Made by a program: the position numbers and the translations under genes
Part shown: positions 14,409 to 26,800 of the stretch, piece after piece
How the letters are laid out: each line of letters begins with the position of its first letter
Numbering within the stretch: position 1 is the first letter of the stretch
Assembly (NCBI GenBank): GCA_032718475.1
Contig: JAUCBJ010008372.1
Coordinates: forward strand, 23,144-87,143
Length of the DNA: 64,000 bases
Reading direction: 5' to 3'
From: Nemertoderma westbladi
Taxonomy: Eukaryota; Animalia; Xenacoelomorpha
The notes under the pieces: generated by a model
Databases searched by the model: none
Told to the model about the DNA's origin: nothing
Seen by the model: the letters and a program-made list of their open reading frames with translations, nothing else

Positions 14409-17400
14409 ATGTCAACTGTGTGGAAAGACAGCTTAACAATAATTATACTTTATGCAGGAGATGGTCACGGCACAATTATAGTAATTGATACGTTCAGTAA
14501 AGATCAAACTGAAAGAAAGAAAAGTATCAAACAGGTGGAAAGTATATTGGAGAAAACTGAAGAATTAAAGGAAATCGTTGAGTATATTGGATGGGTTGGT
14601 CCCATAAATAAACCACTCCAGGGTAAGATAACTGATATAATTATATCTACTGTTGATGTTCTTTCAGATAAAGAGAAAGAACTTTACTTTAGACTGGATG
14701 CAGATATTTCTGAGTTAACAACCCAGAATCTGGTTAGTATTTGGGGTTTAAATGAAGTTTCAACAATAGAAATTGTTAATAAATTCAAAGACATGGGACT
14801 TATGATTATGAATATAAGTGGATCAAATACACTGAAACTTCCAAAATTTTTAATTAATTATATAAAAGAACAAAAACTGCCCATAGAGATACTGGCGAGA
14901 GGCCCAGAAGCATTGGCTGCTTATAAAGCAGCTCTTTCTAAAGGGACTACATGGATACTGAAAACCCGGTTAATGTTAGTGGGACAAGAGAGGGCTGGTA
15001 AAACTAGTTTGAAGAAGTCCCTTATTGGTCAACCGTTTGATATAAATGAACCAATAACTGATGGTATTGACTCATCTGCTAACTGTATTATAAATACCGG
15101 ACAAAACACAGATTGGACCAACATGAAAGAAGAGCCTGAGACAGCTGTTGATGTCGTCATTACTAAGGAAATTGCAAAAACAGTTCTAGAAAGAAAACAA
15201 GTTGCAGGTGATGAGTCTGATATTTCTGGAACTTCAGCAATGGGTATTGGTATTGCGACACCCTCAGTTGCAACATCTTCATCTTCTACTGATGATCAAC
15301 CTAAGATTGCTACTTCAACTCCAAGTTATGGTGCTGAGAAAGTTCAAAAGGATAGTTTGTGGAGGCGGGTAGTTTCAGTATTACCTGGTTTAAAGTCAAA
15401 ATATAATAGAAGTAAAATAAATATAAAATCTAGTACAACTTTATTAACTGGTGAGAATGAAAGTAAACCTATTGAAGAAAATCTTTCTAGGCAACCCATA
15501 AGGGGAGCTATGGGAAATGATATTCCTGGCAACATCACAAAGGGAGTAGAGGATATATTGTTATCTGGTAAACCTCAAGATATTCTGGCTAAATTTAATG
15601 AGGAAGACAGTCGCTTTTCTCTACAGATAGTCGATTTTGGTGGCCAATGTATTTATTACACAACCCATCAGATATTTTTGAGTAGACGAGCTATTTATAT
15701 AATTGTATTTAATCTCTTGGAAAATCTTGAAAAAACTCCTAATATTATTTTCAGATCTGATGAAAACAATATTAATGAGTTTGTTTTCGGTGAGATTAAG
15801 AATATTGAGTTTATTGAATTTTGGTTAAAAAATATTTATTCGTTTGGTACAAAACTAGAAGTAAATTCTTGTCCACCTGTTTTTGTAGTTGGAACTCATA
15901 AAGGCAGCTTACATGCTGATCCTGATACTCAATCTGTAATAGCAAGTAAAATATTTGAAAAGATTAAGACCCATTTGGGTAAATCTTCATATACAGATAA
16001 TCTAATTAAAGATTACTTTGCTATAGAGAATAATAGAGAAATTATATATGGTGGAGAGAAAGGACTTGAAAATTTACAGGCCGATATTGTCAAGGAAATG
16101 GTAAATTTTAAGGAGGAAATACCTTTGCAATATCTAAAATTTGACCAACTTGTGTCTCAATTAATCAAGGATGGTAAAGTTTATATTGACATTGACTTGC
16201 TAGAGATTAAATTAAAGGATATTGATGTAGAAATGGATAACATTGGTTTGAAAACCATGTTAGAATTTTACCACGATTTGGGTACAATAATTTACTTTGA
16301 CGATGAATCTCTAAGAGATACTGTTATACTGAGCCCAGAATGGTTGAGTGGAATGTTTACCAAAATAATAACTGTAAAAGACAAAATAAAGAAACAACAT
16401 TTTACATTCTGGAAGAACCTGGATGACAATGGTATATTACATGAAGAACTCCTTGATTATCTGTGGGAAGGCGTTCTTGATAAAAAACAATTTATGTTGA
16501 ATATTCTAGAACGTTTTGATTTATTATGTGAACGAGTTTTACCAAGAACCGAAAGAACATTGCAAGATGATGTAAAGTTGGCTTATTATGTACCTTGCCG
16601 CCTTAAATCTGTTAGATATACTCCATTCACACCAAGACAATGTAAAGTTGAATTTTATATTACATTCAAGAGTTTCTTACCGCAAGGATTGTACTACCGT
16701 TTAATTAAGAGAACTATAGATTTGTCCTACATTGTAGGTAATAGAGTAATTCAACCTAAACTTTACCACAGAGTTGCTCAAATATTTTTAGATTTTAATC
16801 ATCAGGTAATTTTGGAAAGATCTTCTATTTCATTAAATTGGATTAAAGTTCAGGTAATTAGATCTGAGATGTTTAGTTCGGGCGATGAACAAACTGAAAG
16901 TAAACTTGCACCAGATCCGGATATTGTTAATAAAGTAAATCATTTTATTAATACTTCATTGAAGGAAATTATTACCCAAATGAGATTTAAAAATATTTCA
17001 TTTGATTTCGAAATAAAATGTGAATGTAATGCTAAATGCGATCAACATAGATTACTTGACTGCAATGAAGAAGGATGTTTTCACTTTGTTAAACTGGCAG
17101 ATATTCTATCAAATGATTTTGTTCAATGTAAATTTAATAACTCTGTTAGAAGTCGATATATTAGTGGAAAATTCCCTGTTGTTGGGAGATTTAGCTCACA
17201 TTGGTTAAACATTACAACTAACCAAGATGACCTTATTGATAGACTGGAAATCTCAGAGTTACTTGTATACTTAGCAAGTAAGGGGGCTATATCAAAGGAA
17301 GTTTTAGCTGTTATTGAATCTAAGTCGAATTTGTTGAGTAAGAATAAGATTTTGTTGGAGTCAATAAAATGGGGATCAGAAAATAATTACAAAGTATTTA

Positions 17401-17879
17401 TTGAAGCATTATATGTAACCAATCAACCGCTTTTGGTTGAAATTTTGCATGAAAAAATCAAAATGGAAGACCAAATGTTCCCTGATATTCTAACAAAGTA
17501 TAAATATATGTTAATGAAAAATTTAGAACAAACTAAATTTGTTGCACAACTTCTTATTATCAGAAAAGTTATAAGTAAATCTATCCTAGAAATAATAGAA
17601 TGCAAAGAATCCATAGATAGTAAGAATGTTGTACTTATAAACGCAGTAATGAAAAGATCTTATAAGGATTTTCTATCTTTTTGTAAATGTCTCAGGGTCA
17701 CCAACCAACATCATTTAGCTGATACTCTAGAGGAAGCTACCAAAGGTTATGATGCTGATATTGTAGACATTACCAATCAAGCTGATGAAGTTGCTGATAT
17801 AGATAATACTAATCAAGGTGGAGAGGCCGCTGGGGTTATAGACGTTACCAATCAACCGGTGGAGAGGCTGCTGTTATAG
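14409..17879 (+). CDS. ROCO-family protein exon: winged-helix-like region, Roc GTPase, COR, Cys/His cluster, two CARD-like death folds; likely true start is a splice acceptor (exon from 14458)
   Basis: 1156-aa intact ORF. Roc motifs: LMLVGQERAGKTSL (P-loop, ~14982), TDGID (G2), IVDFGGQ-YYTTHQIFLS (G3, ~15633), VVGTHK (G4, ~15891). COR motifs: EIPLQYL, LEFYHDLGTIIYF, VILSPEWL, LERFDLL, YYVPCRL, LPQGLYYRL. Two ~85-aa helical repeats ending FIEAL..TNQ..L..IL and FCKCL..TNQ.HLAD.L resemble CARDs. ACTTTATGCAG|GA at 14447-14459 is a phase-1 acceptor. Confidence 0.9.
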   Translation: MSTVWKDSLTIIILYAGDGHGTIIVIDTFSKDQTERKKSIKQVESILEKTEELKEIVEYIGWVGPINKPLQGKITDIIISTVDVLSDKEKELYFRLDADISELTTQNLVSIWGLNEVSTIEIVNKFKDMGLMIMNISGSNTLKLPKFLINYIKEQKLPIEILARGPEALAAYKAALSKGTTWILKTRLMLVGQERAGKTSLKKSLIGQPFDINEPITDGIDSSANCIINTGQNTDWTNMKEEPETAVDVVITKEIAKTVLERKQVAGDESDISGTSAMGIGIATPSVATSSSSTDDQPKIATSTPSYGAEKVQKDSLWRRVVSVLPGLKSKYNRSKINIKSSTTLLTGENESKPIEENLSRQPIRGAMGNDIPGNITKGVEDILLSGKPQDILAKFNEEDSRFSLQIVDFGGQCIYYTTHQIFLSRRAIYIIVFNLLENLEKTPNIIFRSDENNINEFVFGEIKNIEFIEFWLKNIYSFGTKLEVNSCPPVFVVGTHKGSLHADPDTQSVIASKIFEKIKTHLGKSSYTDNLIKDYFAIENNREIIYGGEKGLENLQADIVKEMVNFKEEIPLQYLKFDQLVSQLIKDGKVYIDIDLLEIKLKDIDVEMDNIGLKTMLEFYHDLGTIIYFDDESLRDTVILSPEWLSGMFTKIITVKDKIKKQHFTFWKNLDDNGILHEELLDYLWEGVLDKKQFMLNILERFDLLCERVLPRTERTLQDDVKLAYYVPCRLKSVRYTPFTPRQCKVEFYITFKSFLPQGLYYRLIKRTIDLSYIVGNRVIQPKLYHRVAQIFLDFNHQVILERSSISLNWIKVQVIRSEMFSSGDEQTESKLAPDPDIVNKVNHFINTSLKEIITQMRFKNISFDFEIKCECNAKCDQHRLLDCNEEGCFHFVKLADILSNDFVQCKFNNSVRSRYISGKFPVVGRFSSHWLNITTNQDDLIDRLEISELLVYLASKGAISKEVLAVIESKSNLLSKNKILLESIKWGSENNYKVFIEALYVTNQPLLVEILHEKIKMEDQMFPDILTKYKYMLMKNLEQTKFVAQLLIIRKVISKSILEIIECKESIDSKNVVLINAVMKRSYKDFLSFCKCLRVTNQHHLADTLEEATKGYDADIVDITNQADEVADIDNTNQGGEAAGVIDVTNQPVERLLL

Positions 17880-20800
17880 ACGTTACCAATCAACCGGTGG
17901 AGAGGCTGCTGTTATAGACATTGCCAATCAATGTAATGTAGCTGTTGTTATAGATGTTACCAATCAACCGGTGGAGAGGCTGCTGTTATAGATAGATATT
18001 GCCAATTAATGTAATGTAGCTGTTGCTATAGATGTTACCAATCAACCGGTGGAGAGGCTGCTGGGGTTATAGACTTTACCAATCAAGGTGAAGAGGCTGC
18101 TGTTATAAACATTACCAATCAAGGTGAAGAGGATGCTGTTATAAACATTACCAATCAAGGCAGAGAGATTGCTGTTGTAGACGTTACCAATCAAGGCAGA
18201 GAGACTGCTGTTATAGACGATACCAATCAAGGTAGAGGGGCTGCTGTAATAGACGATACCAATGAAGGTGGAGAGGCTGCTGTTATAGACGTTACCAATG
18301 AAGGTGGAGAGGCTGCTGTTATAGACGTTACGAATGAAGGTAGAGAGGCTGTTGTTATAAACGTTACCAATCAAGGTAGAGAGGCTGCTGTAATAGACGA
18401 TACCAATCAAGGTAGAGGGGCTGCTGTTATAGACATTACCAATCAAGGTAGAGAGGCTGCTGTAATAGACGATACCAATCAAGGTAGAGAGGCTGCTGTT
18501 ATAGACATTACCAATCAAGGTAGAGGGGCTGCTGTTATAGACATTACCAATGAAGCTAGAGAGTCTGCTGTTATAGACATTACCAATCAAGGTAGAGAGG
18601 CTGCTGTAATAGACGATACCAATCAAGGTAGAGAGGCTGCTGTAATAGACGATACCAATCAAGGTAGAGGGGCTGCTGTTATAGACATTACCAATCAAGG
18701 TAGAGAGGCTGCTGTAATAGACGATACCAATCAAGGTAGAGAGGCTGCTGTTATAGACATTACCAATCAAGGTAGAGGGGCTGCTGTAATAGACGATACC
18801 AATCAAGGTAGAGAGGCTGCTGTAATAGACATTACAAATGAAGGAGGAGAGGCTGCTGTTATAGACATTACCAATCAAGGATGAGAGGCTGCTGTTATAG
18901 ACATTACCAATCAAGGTAGAGAGGCTGCTGTAATAGACGATACCAATCAAGGTAGAGAGGCTGCTGTAATAGACGATACCAATCAAGGTAGAGAGGCTGC
19001 TGTTATAGACATTACCAATCGAGGTAGAGGGGCTGCTGTTATAGACATTACCAATCAAGGTAGAGAGGCTGCTGTAATAGACGATACCAATCAAGGTAGA
19101 GAGGCTGCTGTTATAGACATTACCAATCAAGGTAGAGGGGCTGCTGTTATAGACATTACCAATCAAGGTAGAGAGGCTGCTGTAATAGACGATACCAATC
19201 AAGGTAGAGAGGCTGCTGTTATAGACATTACCAATCAAGGTAGAGGGGCTGCTGTTATAGACATTACCAATGAAGCTAGAGAGTCTGCTGTTATAGACAT
19301 TACCAATCAAGGTAGAGAGGCTGCTGTTATAGACATTACCACTGAAGGTGGAGAGGCTGCTGTTATAGACATTACCAATCAAGGTATAGAAGAGAGGCTG
19401 CTGTAATAGACGATACCAATCAAGGTAGAGAGGCTGCTGTAATAGACGATACCAATCAAGGTAGAGGGGCTGCTGTTATAGACATTACCAATCAAGGTAG
19501 AGAGGCTGCTGTAATAGACGATACCAATCAAGGTAGAGAGGCTGCTGTTATAGACATTACCAATCAAGGTAGAGGGGCTGCTGTAATAGACGATACCAAT
19601 CAAGGTAGAGAGGCTGCTGTAATAGACATTACAAATGAAGGAGGAGAGGCTGCTGTTATAGACATTACCAATCAAGGATGAGAGGCTGCTGTTATAGACA
19701 TTACCAATCAAGGTAGAGAGGCTGCTGTAATAGACGATACCAATCAAGGTAGAGAGGCTGCTGTAATAGACGATACCAATCAAGGTAGAGAGGCTGCTGT
19801 AATAGACGATACCAATCAAGGTAGAGGGGCTGCTGTTATAGACATTACCAATCAAGGTAGAGATGCTGCTGTAATAGACGATACCAATCAAGGTAGAGAG
19901 GCTGCTGTTATAGACATTACCAATCAAGGTAGAGGGGCTGCTGTTATAGACATTACCAATGAAGCTAGAGAGTCTGCTGTTATAGACATTACCAATCAAG
20001 GTAGAGAGGCTGCTGTTATAGACATTACCAATCAAGGTAGAGAGGCTGCTGTTATAGACATTACCAATCAAGGTAGAGGGGCTGCTGTTATAGACATTAC
20101 CAATCAAGGTAGAGAGGCTGCTGTAATAGACGATACCAATCAAGGTAGAGAGGCTGCTGTAATAGACGATACCAATCAAGGTAGAGAGGCTGCTATGATA
20201 GACATTACCAATCAAGGTAGAGGGGCTGCTGTTATAGACATTACCAATGAAGCTAGAGAGTCTGCTGTTATAGACATTACCAATCAAGGTAGAGAGGCTG
20301 CTGTTATAGACATTACCAATCAAGGATGAGAGGCTGCTGTTATAGACATTACCAATGAAGGTGGAGAGGCTGCTGTTATAGACATTACCAATGAAGGTGG
20401 AGAGGCTGCTGTTATAGACATTACCAATCAAGGTAGAGAGGCTGCTGTAATAGACGATACCAATCAAGGTAGAGAGGTTGCTGTAATAGACGATACCACT
20501 CAAGGTAGAGGGGCTGCTGTTATAGACGTTACCAATCAAGGATGAGAGGCTGCCGTTATAGACATTACCAATCAAGGATGAGAGGCTGCTGTTATAGACA
20601 TTACCAATCAAGGTAGAGGGGCTGCTGTTATAGACATTACCAATCAAGGATGAGAGGCTGCTGTTATAGACATTACCAATCAAGGTAGAGAGGCTGCTGT
20701 AATAGACGATACCAATCAAGGTAGAGAGGTTGCTGTAATAGACGATACCACTCAAGGTAGAGGGGCTGCTGTTATAGACGTTACCAATCAAGGATGAGAG

Positions 20801-23800
20801 GCTGCTGTTATAAACGTTACCAATCAATGTAGAGAGGCTGCTGTAATAGACGATACCAATCAAGGTAGAGAGGCTGCTGTTATAGACGTTACCAATCAAG
20901 GTAGAGAGGCTGCTGTAATAGACATTACCAATCAAGGTAGAGAGGCTGCTGTTATAGACATTACCAATGAAGGTGGAGAGGCTGCTGTTATAGACGTTAC
21001 CAATCAAGGTAGAGAGGCTGCTGTAATAGACGATACCAATCAAGGTAGAGAGGCTGCTGTAATAGACATTACCAATCAAGGTAGAGAGGCTGCTGTTCTA
21101 GACGTTACCAATCAAGGTAGAGAGGCTGCTGTAATAGACATTACCAATCAAGGTAGAGAGGCTGCTGTTATAGACATTACCAATGAAGGTGGAGAGACTG
21201 CTGTTATAGACATTACCAATGAAGGTGGAGAGGCTGCTGTTATAGACATTACCAATCAAGGTAGAGAGGCTGCTGTAATAGACATTACCAATCAAGGTAG
21301 AGAGGCTGCTGTTATAGACATTACCAATGAAGGTGGAGAGGCTGCTGTTATAGACGTTACCAATCAAGGATGAGAGGCTGCTGTAATAGACGTTACCAAT
21401 CAAGGTAGAGAGGCTGCTGTTATAGACATTACCAATCAAGGTAGAGAGGCTGCTGTTATAGACATTACCAATCAAGGTAGAGAGGCTGCTGTTATAGACA
21501 TTACCAATCAAGGTAGAGGGGCTGCTGTTATAGACATTACCAATCAAGGTAGAGAGGCTGCTGTAATAGACGATACCAATCAAGGTAGAGAGGCTGCTGT
21601 TATAGACATTACCAATCAAGGTAGAGAGGCTGCTATGATAGACATTACCAATCAAGGTAGAGGGGCTGCTGTTATAGACATTACCAATGAAGCTAGAGAG
21701 TCTGCTGTTATAGACATTACCAATCAAGGTAGAGAGGCTGCTGTTATAGACATTACCAATCAAGGATGAGAGGCTGCTGTTATAGACATTACCAATGAAG
21801 GTGGAGAGGCTGCTGTTATAGACATTACCAATGAAGGTGGAGAGGCTGCTGTTATAGACATTACCAATCAAGGATGAGAGGTTGCTGTAATAGATGATAC
21901 CAATCAAGGTAGAGGGGCTGCTGTTATAGACATTACCAATGAAGGTGGAGAGGCTGCTGTAATAGACGTTACCAATCAAGGTAGAGAGTCTGCTGTTATA
22001 GACATTACCAATCAAGGTAGAGGGGCTGCTGTTATAGACATTACCAATGAAGGTGGAGAGGCTGCTGTAATAGATGTTACCAATCAAGGTAGAGAGTCTG
22101 CTGTTATAGACATTACCAATCAAGGATGAGAGGCTGCTGTTATAGACATTACCAATCAAGGTAGAGAGGCTGCTGTAATAGACGATACCAATCAAGGTAG
22201 AGAGGCTGCTGTAATAGACGATACCAATCAAGGTAGAGGGGCTGCTGTTATAGACATTACCAATCAAGGTAGAGAGGCTGCTGTAATAGACGATACCAAT
22301 CAAGGTAGAGAGGCTGCTGTTATAGACATTACCAATCAAGGTAGAGGGGCTGCTGTTATAGACATTACCAATGAAGCTAGAGAGTCTGCTGTTATAGACA
22401 TTACCAATCAAGGTAGAGAGGCTGCTGTTATAGACATTACCAATCAAGGTAGAGAGGCTGCTGTTATAGACATTACCAATCAAGGTAGAGGGGCTGCTGT
22501 TATAGACATTACCAATCAAGGATGAGAGGCTGCTGTTATAGACATTACCAATGAAGGTGGAGAGGCTGCTGTTATAGACATTACCAATCAAGGTAGAGGG
22601 GCTGCTGTTATAGACATTACCAATCAAGGTAGAGAGGCTGCTGTAATAGACGATACCAATGAAGGTGGAGAGGCTGCTGTTATAGACATTACCAATCAAG
22701 GTTGAGAGGCTGCTGTTATAGACATTACCAATCAAGGTAGAGAGGCTGCTGTTATAGACATTACCAATCAAGGTAGAGGGGCTGCTGTTATAGACATTAC
22801 CAATCAAGGTAGAGAGGCTGCTGTAATAGACGATACCAATGAAGGTGGAGAGGCTGCTGTTATAGACATTACCAATCAAGGTTGAGAGGCTGCTGTTATA
22901 GACATTACCAATCAAGGATGAGAGGCTGCTGTTATAGACATTACCAATCAAGGTTGAGAGGCTGCTGTTATAGACATTACCAATGAAGGTGGAGAGGCTG
23001 CTGTTATAGACATTACCAATCAAGGTAGAGGGGCTGCTGTTATAGACATTACCAATCAAGGTAGAGAGGCTGCTGTAATAGACGATACCAATGAAGGTGG
23101 AGAGGCTGCTGTTATAGACATTACCAATCAAGGTTGAGAGGCTGCTGTTATAGACATTACCAATCAAGGTAGAGAGGCTGCTGTTATAGACATTACCAAT
23201 CAAGGTAGAGGGGCTGCTGTTATAGACATTACCAATGAAGGTGGAGAGGCTGCTGTAATAGACGTTACCAATCAAGGTAGAGAGTCTGCTGTTATAGACA
23301 TTACCAATCAAGGATGAGAGGCTGCTGTTATAGACATTACCAATCAAGGATGAGAGGCTGCTGTTATAGACATTACCAATCAAGGATGAGAGGCTGCTGT
23401 TATAGACATTACCAATGAAGGTGGAGAGGCTGCTGTTATAGACATTACCAATCAAGGTTGAGAGGCTGCTGTAATAGACGATACCAATGAAGGTGGAGAG
23501 GCTGCTGTTATAGACATTACCAATCAAGGTTGAGAGGCTGCTGTTATAGACATTACCAATCAAGGTAGAGAGGCTGCTGTAATAGACGATACCAATCAAG
23601 GTTGAGAGGCTGCTGTTATAGACATTACCAATCAAGGTTGAGAGGCTGCTGTTATAGACATTACCAATCGAGGTAGAGAGGCTGCTGTTATAGACATTAC
23701 CAATCAAGGTAGAGGGGCTGCTGTTATAGACATTACCAATGAAGGTGGAGAGGCTGCTGTAATAGACATTACCAATCAAGGTAGAGGGGCTGCTGTTATA

Positions 23801-26800
23801 GACGTTACCAATCAAGGTTGAGAGGCTGCTGTTATAGACATTACCAATCAAGGATGAGAGGCTGCTGTTATAGACATTACCAATGAAGGATGAGAGGCTG
23901 CTGTAATAGACGATACCAATCAATGTAGAGGGGCTGCTGTTATAGACGTTACCAATCAAGGATGAGAGGCTGCTGTTATAGACATTACCAATCAAGGTAG
24001 AGGGGCTGCTGTTATAGACATTGCCAATGAAGGAGGAGAGGCTGCTGTTATAGACATTACCAATGAAGGTGGAGAGGCTGCTGTTATAGACGTTACCAAT
24101 CAAGGTAGAGGGGGTGCTGTTATAGACGTTACCATGAAGGTGAAAAGGCTGCTGTTATAGACATTACCAATCAAGGTAGAGGGGCTGCTGTTATAGACAT
24201 TGCCAATGAAGGTGGAGAGGCTGCTGTTATAGACGTTACCAATCAAGGTAGAGGGGGTGCTGTTATAGACGTTACCATGAAGGTGAAAAGGCTGCTGTTA
24301 TAGACATTACCAATCAAGGTAGAGGGGCTGCTGTTATAGACATTGCCAATGAAGGAGGAGAGGCTGCTGTTATAGACATTACCAATGAAGGTGAAGAGGC
24401 TGCTGTTATAGACGTTACCAATCAAGGATGAGAGGCTGCTGTTATAGACGTTACCAATCAAGGATGAGAGGCTGCTGTTATAGACATTACCAATAAAGGT
24501 GGAGAGGCTGCTGTTATAGACATTACCAATCAAGGTAGAGGGGGTGCTGTTATAGACATTACCAATCAAGGTAGAGGGGCTGCTGTTATAGACGATACCA
24601 ATCAAGGTAGAGAGGCTGCTGTTATAGACATTACCAATCAAGGTAGAGGGGGTGCTGTTATAGACATTACCAATGAAGGTGAAGAGGCTGCTGTTATAGA
24701 CGTTACCAATCAAGGATGAGAGGCTGCTGTTATAGACATTACCAATAAAGGTGGAGAGGCTGCTGTTATAGACATTACCAATCAAGGTAGAGGGGGTGCT
24801 GTTATAGACATTACCAATCAAGGTAGAGGGGCTGCTGTTATAGACGATACCAATCAAGGTAGAGAGGCTGCTGTTATAGACATTACCAATCAAGGTAGAG
24901 GGGGTGCTGTTATAGACATTACCAATCAAGGTAGAGGGGCTGCTGTTATAGACGATACCAATCAAGGTAGAGAGGCTGCTGTTATAGACATTACCAATGA
25001 AGGTAGAGAGGCTGCTGTTATATACGTTACCAATGAAGGTGGAGAGGCTGTTGTTATAAACGTTACCAATCAAGGATGAGAGGCTGCTGTAATAGACGAT
25101 ACCAATCAAGGTAGAGGGGCTGCTGTTATAGACGTTACCAATCAAGGATGAGAGGCTGCTGTTATAGACATTACCAATCAAGGTAGAGGGGCTGCTGTTA
25201 TAGACATTACCAATGAAGGTGGAGAGGCTGCTGTTATTGACGTTACCAATCAAGGATGAGAGGCTGCTGTTATAGACATTACCAATCAAGGTAGAGGGGC
25301 TGCTGTTATAGACATTACCAATGAAGGTGGAGAGGCTACTGTTATGGACGTTACCAATCAAGGATGAGAGGCTGCTGTTATAGACATTACCAATCAAGGT
25401 AGAGGGGCTGTTGTTATAGACGTTACCAATCAAGGTAGAGAGGCTGCAGTTATAGACATTGCCAATGAAGGAGGAGAGGCTGCTGTTATAGACGTTACCA
25501 ATCAAGGATGAGAGGCTGCTGTAATAGACGATACCAATCAAGATAGAGGGGCTGCTGTTATAGACATTACCAATGAAGGTGGAGAGGCTGCTGTTATAGA
25601 CATTACCAATCAAGGTAGAGAGGCTGCTGTTATAGACGTTACCATGAAGGTGGAGAGGCTGCTGTTATAAACGTTACCAATCAAGGTAGAGGGGGTGCTG
25701 TTATAGACATTACCAATGAAGGTGGAGAGGCTGCTGTTATAGACTTTACCAATCAAGGATGAGAGGCTGCTGTTATAAACGTTACCAATCAAGGATGAGA
25801 GGCTGCTGTTATAGACATTACCAATCAAGGTAGAGAGGCTGCTGTAATAGACGTTACCAATCAAGGTAGAGAGGCTGCTGTAATAGACGTTACCAATCAA
25901 GGTAGAGAGGCTGCTGTTATAAACGTTACCAATCAAGGATGAGAGGCTGCTGTTATAAACGTTACCAATCAAGGATGAGAGGCTGCTGTTATAGACATTA
26001 CCAATCAAGGTAGAGAGGCTGCTGTAATAGACGTTACCAATCAAGGTAGAGAGGCTGCTGTAATAGACGTTACCAATCAAGGTAGAGAGGCTGCTGTTAT
26101 AAACGTTACCAATCAAGGATGAGAGGCTGCTGTTATAAACGTTACCAATCAAGGATGAGAGGCTGCTGTTATAAACGTTACCAATCAAGGTAGAGGGGGT
26201 GCTGTTATAGACATTACCAATGAAGGTGGAGAGGCTGCTGTTATAGACTTTACCAATCAAGGATGAGAGGCTGCTGTTATAAACGTTACCAATCAAGGAT
26301 GAGAGGCTGCTGTTATAGACATTACCAATCAAGGTAGAGAGGCTGCTGTAATAGACGTTACCAATCAAGGTAGAGAGGCTGCTGTAATAGACGTTACCAA
26401 TCAAGGTAGAGAGGCTGCTGTTATAAACGTTACCAATCAAGGATGAGAGGCTGCTGTTATAAACGTTACCAATCAAGGATGAGAGGCTGCTGTTATAGAC
26501 ATTACCAATCAAGGTAGAGAGGCTGCTGTAATAGACGTTACCAATCAAGGTAGAGAGGCTGCTGTAATAGACGTTACCAATCAAGGTAGAGAGGCTGCTG
26601 TTATAAACGTTACCAATCAAGGATGAGAGGCTGCTGTTATAGACATTACCAATCAAGGTAGAGAGGCTGCTGTAATAGACGTTACCAATCAAGGTAGAGA
26701 GGCTGCTGTAATAGACGTTACCAATCAAGGTAGAGGGGGTGCTGTTATAAACGTTACCAATCAAGGTAGAGAGGCTGCTGTTATAGACATTACCAATGAA

